From NCBI RefSeq assembly GCF_006345805.1, contig NW_021824488.1:1-17934 (forward strand): DNA of 17,934 nt, in the 5' to 3' direction. Made by a program: the position numbers and the translations under genes. The notes below the pieces were generated by a model that did not search any database, was not told the origin of the DNA, and saw nothing but the letters and a program-made list of their open reading frames with translations. This document shows positions 10,072 to 17,934 of the stretch, in pieces; position 1 is the first letter of the stretch; every line of letters begins with the position of its first letter. This DNA is from Octopus sinensis (Eukaryota).

Positions 10072-10106
10072 GGCGCAGTAATGATTCTGCCTGCTCAGCA
10101 CCTTAA
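10072..10106 (-). mobile_element. SINE family B head fragment adjoining (ATT)n
   Basis: Reverse complement (att)n-aaggtgctgagcaggcagaatcattactgcgcca matches the head at 8270-8300. Confidence 0.65.
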
Positions 10107-10164
10107 TAATAATAATAATAATAATGATAATAATAATAATAATAATGATGATGATAATAATAAT

Positions 10165-10530
10165 AACAAGAGCACTCACAGAGTGCAAACCTCTGCCAAA
10201 GCAACATCAACGTCCTCTCAATGATTAGCCAGAGAAGATTTTTAAAATGAGAATATCTGAAATAAACTCGACTGCTCTCACAAATGAGAACACTAAAAAT
10301 GAACCCGATCACTCTCAAAAATTAAGTAAAAAAAAAACAGGAAAAATAATCCAGAATCTTTGTCCAGTACCAGATCGATCCAAAATCTAATCAGTTTGTG
10401 CCAGTCATGGGTCCAAACATCCCTGAAAATTTCATCTGAATCCATCCAGTGGTTCTTGAGATAGCTTGTCCATGGACAAACAAACAAATTCGACTGAAAA
10501 CAATACCCTTTTCTAAGGTGGAGGTAATAA
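10165..10530 (-). mobile_element. Helentron-associated non-autonomous element (HINE / DINE-1-like)
   Basis: On the minus strand: 5' attacctccacc (subterminal IR, + strand 10517-10525), a (TTGT)n core near 10476-10488, a 3' subterminal IR ggcagaggt (+ strand 10189-10197), then a GCACTC-tgt-GAGTGC stem-loop (10172-10186) and T-rich flanks. No TSD is apparent. Confidence 0.7.
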
Positions 10531-10533
10531 TAA

Positions 10534-10677
10534 TCCTTTCTACTAGAATCACAAGGACTGAAATTTGGTGGAGGGGAATGGTTGGTCACATCAACCAGAG
10601 TGTTTCGCTGGTACTTAATTTATCAATCTCCAACGGATGTAAAGCAAAGTCAACCTTGGCTTTGCATTTCATCCTTT
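10534..10677 (-). mobile_element. 5'-truncated SINE family B copy with (ATT)n on both sides of its sense strand
   Basis: Reverse complement: gccaaggttgactttgctttacatcc...gataaattaagtaccag...cccctccaccaaatttcagtccttgtgattctagtagaaagg-attattatt. Confidence 0.85.
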
Positions 10678-12688
<2,011 letters not shown>

Positions 12689-12841
12689 TTTTTTTTGGCC
12701 CCCAGGGCTTAACATAGAGGGGACAAACAAGGACAGACAAACATAATAATCGATTACATCGACCCCAGTGCGGTAATGGTACTTAATTTTATCGACCCTG
12801 AAAGGATTAAAGGCAAATTCGCCTCTAATATTTGAACTCAG
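12689..12841 (-). mobile_element. 5'-truncated SINE family B copy with a variant tail resembling the Tx1-like LINE 3' end
   Basis: Reverse complement: ctgagttcaaat...tttgcctttaatcctttcagggtcgataaaattaagtacc...tttgtctgtccttgtttgtcccctctatgttaagccctgggggccaaaaaaaa-tattatt. Confidence 0.85.
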
Positions 12842-13103
<262 letters not shown>

Positions 13104-13124
13104 ACTTCTGCAGCTTTTATTACC

Positions 13125-13225
13125 CCTACCATCTCTACCACCACCACTAACCCCACTACTATCACTCCCCCACCATCACTACTACTGCTGCTGCTGCTGC
13201 TGCCACCACCACCACCATTACTACT
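13125..13225. repeat. ACC/ACT/GCT trinucleotide low-complexity tract
   Basis: Direct reading. Confidence 0.85.
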
Positions 13226-13499
13226 CTTAATTAAGCATCATTGAATACTTTATTGAATTTGCTTATTTCTTAATTAATTTCGTACCCTTGTCACCTCCAC
13301 CCATTCAACTATTTCCAACTAACTATTTTATAATAGAGCCTGAGTGAAGGCTAATTAGGAACTGGGTGAGTGTGGGTAAGGGTGTGTGTGTGTGTGAGAG
13401 TGTGGGTAAGGGTGTGTATATGTGTGGTGTGTGTGTGTGTTATACAGTACAGGGAGTGTGGGTAGCATGACAAACAAAAAAACTATTTAACTCCACTTC

Positions 13500-13745
13500 C
13501 AGCATGATGCATGCGGGGTATGTGGGTGGGTAGGGTGGATAGAGGGGTGGGTAGGTAACAAGGAGGATGAAGGTGGCGGTGGTGAGAATGATGATGATGA
13601 TGGTAACAGTTGTGATGATTTTGATGATGATGGTGGTGGTGGTGGTGGTGGTGGTGGTGGTGGTGGTGGTGGGTGAGGATAAGGATGAGGATGATGATAC
13701 TGATGATGATGGTGATGAGTAGAAAGAGAAGGAAGAGATGACAAT
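13500..13745 (+). repeat. G-rich tract with (GGT)n and (GAT)n, and G-quadruplex-type runs at 13515-13551
   Basis: gggg-tatgt-ggg-t-ggg-ta-ggg...gggg-t-ggg; (GGT)n at about 13631-13672. Confidence 0.85.
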
Positions 13746-13944
13746 ATTAACAGCAATGATTATTATTGTTGTTGTTGTTTATCACTAGGCAGTCTAACCA
13801 TGAACTTCCCAACTTTCAACATTTTTTTTTTGTATATTATGTACTCTCCTTCTCTGAAATGCATTATGCAGTGTGTCGTAAATGGTAGGATGATCTTGAA
13901 GCTGTTATTTCAAACAAGTCATGCAGCTATGTTGAGATATTAGT

Positions 13945-14110
13945 AGGACAGATTGGTGGGACAGTAAACAATCTATCCAGATGCCTTGTATTTATTCTAG
14001 GTCTTTGCAATCTGAGTTCAAATCTCACTGAGGTCAGCTTTGCATTTTATTCTTTTTGAGGTCGATAAGGTATTAGCCCAGGATGATGGATTAGCAGAAT
14101 TGTTAGAAAA
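13945..14110 (+). mobile_element. Diverged SINE family B remnant followed by a second head fragment
   Basis: tctgagttcaaatctcactgaggtcagctttgcattttattctttttgaggtcgataag, then ggatgatggattagcagaattgttag. Confidence 0.65.
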
Positions 14111-14130
14111 TCAAACAACATATAACAGGC

Positions 14131-14295
14131 TCAGGAGTGGCTGTGTGGTAAGTAGCTTGTTTACCAACCACATGGTTCTGGGTACAGTCCCACTGCATGG
14201 CACCTTAGACAAGTGTCCTCTACTATAGCCACGGGCTGACCAAAGCCTTGTGAGTGGATTTGGTAGATGGAAACTGAAAGAGGCCCATCGTATAT
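14131..14295 (+). mobile_element. SINE family A, 5' half (tRNA-derived head to the central microsatellite)
   Basis: caggagtggctgtgtggtaagtagcttg...gggtacagtcccactgcatggcaccttagacaagtgtcctctactatagcc...ggaaactgaaagaggcccatcgtatat. Confidence 0.9.
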
Positions 14296-14549
14296 TCATC
14301 ATCATCATCATCATCGTTTACGTCCGTTTCCGCGCTAGCACGGGTTGGAGGTTCGACGGGGTCGGGAAGCCAGGGGCTGCCCAGGCGACATATGATCTGC
14401 AGGCGTTTTCTTAAAGCTGGATGCCCTTCCTAACGCAACCACTCAGCGCGTGTAGGGTGCTTTTTACGTGCCACCTGCACAGGTGCCAGGAGCACCGGAT
14501 AGGCCACGATCGGTTGGGCTTTTAAGTTGCCACTGGCACGGAAGCCACG
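14296..14549 (-). mobile_element. RTE-related non-autonomous retroposon, 5'-truncated, with a (GAT)n tail, inserted in the SINE's central TA tract
   Basis: The reverse complement contains tggttgcgttaggaagggcatccagc and ends cctccaacccgtgctagcgcggaaacggacgtaaacgatgatgatg. It is CpG-rich and has an internal duplicated motif (gctttt.a.gtgccac..gcac.g..gcca at ~14458 and ~14518). Confidence 0.75.
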
Positions 14550-14730
14550 TTATATAATATATTATATATATATATACTATATATATTATATAATAATAGA
14601 TACATATATATATTATAATATATACATAAGATTATATATATATCTATATATAATATATACATATATAAATATTATTATATATAATATATATATATAATAT
14701 ATTATGTATGTGTGTGTGTTGTATATAATA
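14550..14730. repeat. Degenerate (TA)n/(TG)n tract
   Basis: Direct reading. Confidence 0.9.
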
Positions 14731-14904
14731 ATTATTGATTTGTTTTCATTTGTTTATGTTTCAATGCTAGCAATGACTTAAATGAATACATTTTGTTGAG
14801 GCATAATTTTACCATCAGATGCCCTCTTGTTATAACTGTGACCTGTTTTTTATAGTAGGGATCTTTTTATCGCATATTTCAAATATAAACATGGGTTTGT
14901 ATTG

Positions 14905-15150
14905 TATATATATATATATATGTGCGTGTGTGTTTGTGTGTCTGTGTTTGTTCCCCTAGCATTGCTTGACAACCGATGCTGGTGTGTTTATGTCGCCGTC
15001 ACCTAGCGGTTCGGCAAAAGAGACCGATAGAATAAGTACTGGGCTTACAAAGAATAAGTCCCAGGGTCGAGTTGCTCGATGAAAGGCGATGCTCCAGCAT
15101 GGCCACAGTCAAAATGACTGAAACAAGTAAAAGAGAGAAAGAGAAAGAGA
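14905..15150 (+). mobile_element. SINE family A, 3' half (young, CpG-retaining)
   Basis: tgtgtctgtgtttgttcccc...gcttgacaaccgatgctggtgtgttt...ggttcggcaaaagagaccgatagaataagtac...ctccagcatggccacagtcaaaatgactgaaacaagtaaaagagag. Confidence 0.92.
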
Positions 15151-15354
15151 TATCTCTTTATAGAATATGTTCATGCTGTGTGTGTTCTGAGTTCAAATTC
15201 TGCCCTTCACTGAAACACAGTGACACTCCTGCTGAGGGTTACCCTCAACAGAGAGCATCAGCAATTTGGAATACCAAAGGAAATATGGTTTCCTTCGTTC
15301 ATTTGGAGGAACAATTGCTATTATTTGTATGTGTGGCTATCAAGATGTATATTT

Positions 15355-15470
15355 ATATACATCATATCAATATCCAAGGTCAGGTCTCTATTGTTGGTGT
15401 CTGTGGAGCCAAGGTAGATGAAGAAGCTGATAAATTCCATGACATTGGGGCCAATATGGAGAAGGGGGAA
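15355..15470 (-). pseudogene. Decayed LINE reverse-transcriptase C-terminal (thumb) fragment, RTE-like; not listed in the ORF track
   Basis: The minus frame from 15470 reads FPLLHIGPNVMEFISFFIYLGSTDTNNRDLTLDID. This matches the non-LTR RT motif i.ig...lE.V..F.YLGS.it.n.d...eI, with YLGS at 15416-15405. Downstream sequence, to ~15200, has stops. Confidence 0.65.
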
Positions 15471-15556
15471 GTGTCTTCTACTATAGCCTCGGGCCAACCA
15501 AAGCCTTGTGAGTGGATTTGGTAGACGGAAACTGAAAGAAGCCCGTCATATATATG

Positions 15557-15587
<31 letters not shown>

Positions 15588-15795
15588 ATGTTTGTGTGTC
15601 TGTGTTTGTACCCCCAACATCGCTTGACAACCGATGCTGGTGTGTTTATGTCCCCGAAACTTAGCGGTTCGGCAAAAGAGACCGATAGGCTTACAAAGAA
15701 TAAGTCCTGGGGTTGATTTGGTTGACTAAAGGCAGTGCTCCAGCATGGCCACAGTCAAAATGACTGAAACAAGTAAAAGAGTAAAGAGAGAGAGT
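15469..15795 (+). mobile_element. 5'-truncated SINE family A copy with a small internal deletion
   Basis: aagtgtcttctactatagcctcgggcc...central TA/TG...accgataggcttac (versus accgatagaataagtactgggcttac at ~15022)...aaacaagtaaaagagtaaagagag. Confidence 0.92.
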
Positions 15796-15989
15796 ATAGG
15801 TTCAAGCACCCACCTAGCCAAAGCTATATATGTTACTGAATGAGGAAAAATATGTAATAAACTTCAAAGTTAGTTGACAATTTTTCGTAAATTCCCAACA
15901 GATGTCTTCATAGGATATTTTCATTAGAATGTTTTTACAGGAGATTTTCTGTAGGAATATCTTTAAATTATCAAACGTTGTGGTGCAGC

Positions 15990-16104
15990 TTCAGTTCTCA
16001 GTTAAACCATCCAACCCAGTATGGAAAGCAGATGTTGATGCTTGATGATGATGATTGATGATGATTGATGATGATTGATGATGATTGATGATGATTGATG
16101 ATGG

Positions 16105-16154
<50 letters not shown>

Positions 16155-16195
16155 TTATGATGATGAGTGAGATGATGATGATGATGATGATGATG

Positions 16196-16229
<34 letters not shown>

Positions 16230-16314
16230 TATATTATTATTATTATTATTATTATTATATTATTATTATTATTATTATTATTGATGATGATGATGATGAT
16301 TGATGATTGATGAT

Positions 16315-16349
<35 letters not shown>

Positions 16350-16414
16350 ATTGATGATGATATGATGATGGCGATGATGATGATGAGGATGATGATTGAT
16401 GATTGATGATGATG

Positions 16415-16452
<38 letters not shown>

Positions 16453-16580
16453 TATGATGATGATGATGATGATGTTATGATGATGATGATGATGATGATG
16501 AATGATGATGATGATGATGATGATGAATGATGATGATGATGATGATGATGATGTTGATGATGATGATGATGATGATGATT
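15990..16580 (+). repeat. Degenerate RTE-type 3' end (15990-16040) followed by a ~540-bp (GAT)n array with an (ATT)n island at ~16197-16281
   Basis: ccatccaacccagtatggaaagcagatgtt-gatg... matches 5824-5865 and is immediately followed by (GAT)n. Confidence 0.85.
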
Positions 16581-16754
16581 GTGGTACAAGTGTATATATA
16601 TTGATCCTTTCTTTATGGCCAAGGTGTTTAAATCAAGATCCTTTTTGTATGTGTTTAAATGTGCTTTAAACATTATATCCTCCGATCATTTGATGACTAG
16701 AAATATAAAAAAAGACCCTAAAGCAGTGACTCACAGAGACTAAACTTTTACTCT

Positions 16755-16770
16755 GTGTGTGTATGTGAGT

Positions 16771-16830
<60 letters not shown>
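16755..16830. repeat. (TG)n microsatellite
   Basis: Direct reading. Confidence 0.95.
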
Positions 16831-16834
<4 letters not shown>

Positions 16835-17034
16835 CCTATATATTGTTGTTTGTCAGTGCTGATTGAGTTAACCCAAGGAGAAGTTATCTATTTATTATTG
16901 TTCCCTTTCAAGGGGTACACTTGCCAACATCTCATATACATTGTTTCCTCAAAAATTTTATCTACCTAGCTGCTTGCCTGTCTGTCTGTCTATCTGTTTG
17001 CCTGTCTATCTATCAGGCTATCTCAATATATATC

Positions 17035-17065
<31 letters not shown>

Positions 17066-17081
17066 ATGTATATATATATGT

Positions 17082-17432
17082 TTAAGTAGTTGAATGAATT
17101 ATCCTAGTATGGATAATTCGGTTAACCGATACCCGGGTAGCAAATTCACGTCAGAAAACACAGTTGAAGCTATATGCCACGGGCAGAAATCACGTGCTTT
17201 CGTGTGGAAATTTGTGTGTTTTTTTAATACAAATAAATGAAAGAATGGAGTCGAACGACGATTTATCAAAATTCCTTTATTCTCGACATATGTTTCGAAG
17301 ACTGCATATTCTCAATTCCGAAGGAATAAAGGGTGCATTATGCCGTCTTCTCATCAAGAAAGACAAGGAACTTATGTCAGCATCATGACGAACAAAAACT
17401 TTTAGATGACTGCCCACACGGAGTCCATAGTG
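17082..17432 (-). mobile_element. Penelope-like (PLE) pseudo-LTR or retrozyme-like non-autonomous element
   Basis: A ~350-bp CpG-richer island between TA/TG microsatellites. It contains a type I hammerhead fold immediately followed by AATAAA on the minus strand, the arrangement known for PLE termini. Boundaries are inferred from the flanking microsatellites. Confidence 0.6.
17269..17373 (-). ncRNA. Type I hammerhead ribozyme fold with a C3U core variant
   Basis: Minus strand: AAGUUCCUUGUCUUUC-UUGAUGA-GAAGAC[42 nt]GUCUUC-GAAA-CAUAUG-UC^GAGAAUAAAGGAAUUU. Stem II has a perfect 6-bp base; stem III is the palindrome ACAUAUGU; the cleavage triplet is GUC; stem I has 4 bp, a 3x3 internal loop and 9 bp. 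Confidence 0.75.
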
Positions 17433-17934
17433 ATATATACATATCTATATTACAATATATGTACATATGTGTGTGTATGTATGCGTGTGTGTTTATGTGT
17501 GTGTATATGTATGCGTGTGAGTGTGTTTGAGTGCATATGAGTGTGTATGCATGTGTGTTTATATGTGTGTATATATGTGTGTGAGCATGTTTGAGTGCAT
17601 GTGTGTGTGTGTAGTAGGGATTGTATTGTTGATGACCATAATGATATTTATAAGGTAGGATGGAAACTGGAAGATGAGGTGTTGGTTGCGGGGGGGGGGG
17701 TGATGTTAGCAGTAGGGTTAGGGTGGCCAGTGGAGAAGGAGGCGGAGGCTGTGGTGGCGTCGGTGGCGTCGGCGGTGGCGGCAGCGGCAGCAGGGTGGGG
17801 GATGATGATATGGGCAGTGGCACTGGCAGTGATGGTGGTGGTGGTGGTGGTGGTATTGACAATGGTCATGGTGGTGGTAATGATACTGATGCTGAATGGT
17901 GAATGATGCCAATGATGATGATGACGACGACGAT
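17433..17934. repeat. (TA/TG)n tract followed by G-rich GGT/GGC/GAT low-complexity sequence with a G11 run near 17690-17700
   Basis: Direct reading. It is the source of the poly-P/T/H/V/A ORFs. Confidence 0.9.

Noticed and set aside
13368-13465. Short direct repeats gagtgtgggtaagggtgtgt, and regularly spaced repeats generally, as a CRISPR-like array
   Set aside because: There are only 2-3 copies separated by TG microsatellite, in a eukaryotic context with no unique spacers and no cas genes.
13487-13756. His/Pro/Ser-rich ORFs here and at 16278-16673 and 17383-17912 resembling transcription-factor low-complexity regions
   Set aside because: They derive from GGT/GAT/GGC repeats and have no flanking domain or convincing splice context.
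14296-14549. Single-base deletions relative to the matching tail at 5824-5865 as evidence of a distinct subfamily
   Set aside because: Scattered 1-nt losses are equally consistent with uncorrected long-read error and cannot be resolved without raw reads.
15072-15524. 150-aa plus-strand ORF with a superficially endonuclease-like segment (SIVGVCGAKVDEEADKFHD)
   Set aside because: It starts and ends in SINE sequence, and the antisense frame has a much better RT motif (YLGS), so the plus-strand reading is judged coincidental.

Overview
This is repeat-saturated, AT-rich eukaryotic non-coding DNA with no intact protein-coding gene. The supplied ORFs are nearly all translations of microsatellites or SINE text. 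The tRNA-headed SINE families and very long (ATT)n, (GAT)n and (TA/TG)n arrays resemble Octopus/cephalopod DNA; that assignment comes from recognition, not a database search. Mobile elements present: about 15 SINE copies or fragments of two families, a 5'-truncated Tx1/L1-like LINE end, RTE-type tails, an RT remnant, a mariner transposase C-terminal remnant, a Helentron-associated (HINE/DINE-1-like) element and a MITE-like foldback. The three most interesting signals are: (1) a structurally complete type I hammerhead ribozyme fold on the minus strand at 17269-17373, inside a Penelope-like terminal repeat, with one core deviation (C3U), plus a second CpG-decayed minimal hammerhead at 305-339; (2) a Tx1-like LINE end and a SINE family that share a 3' terminus and, in all six ATT-adjacent copies, have (ATT)n on their sense strand, suggesting an ATT-microsatellite-associated LINE/SINE system; (3) a near-consensus recursive-splice-type site (polypyrimidine-TAG|GTAAGT) followed by a 28-nt cryptic exon at 4301-4328.
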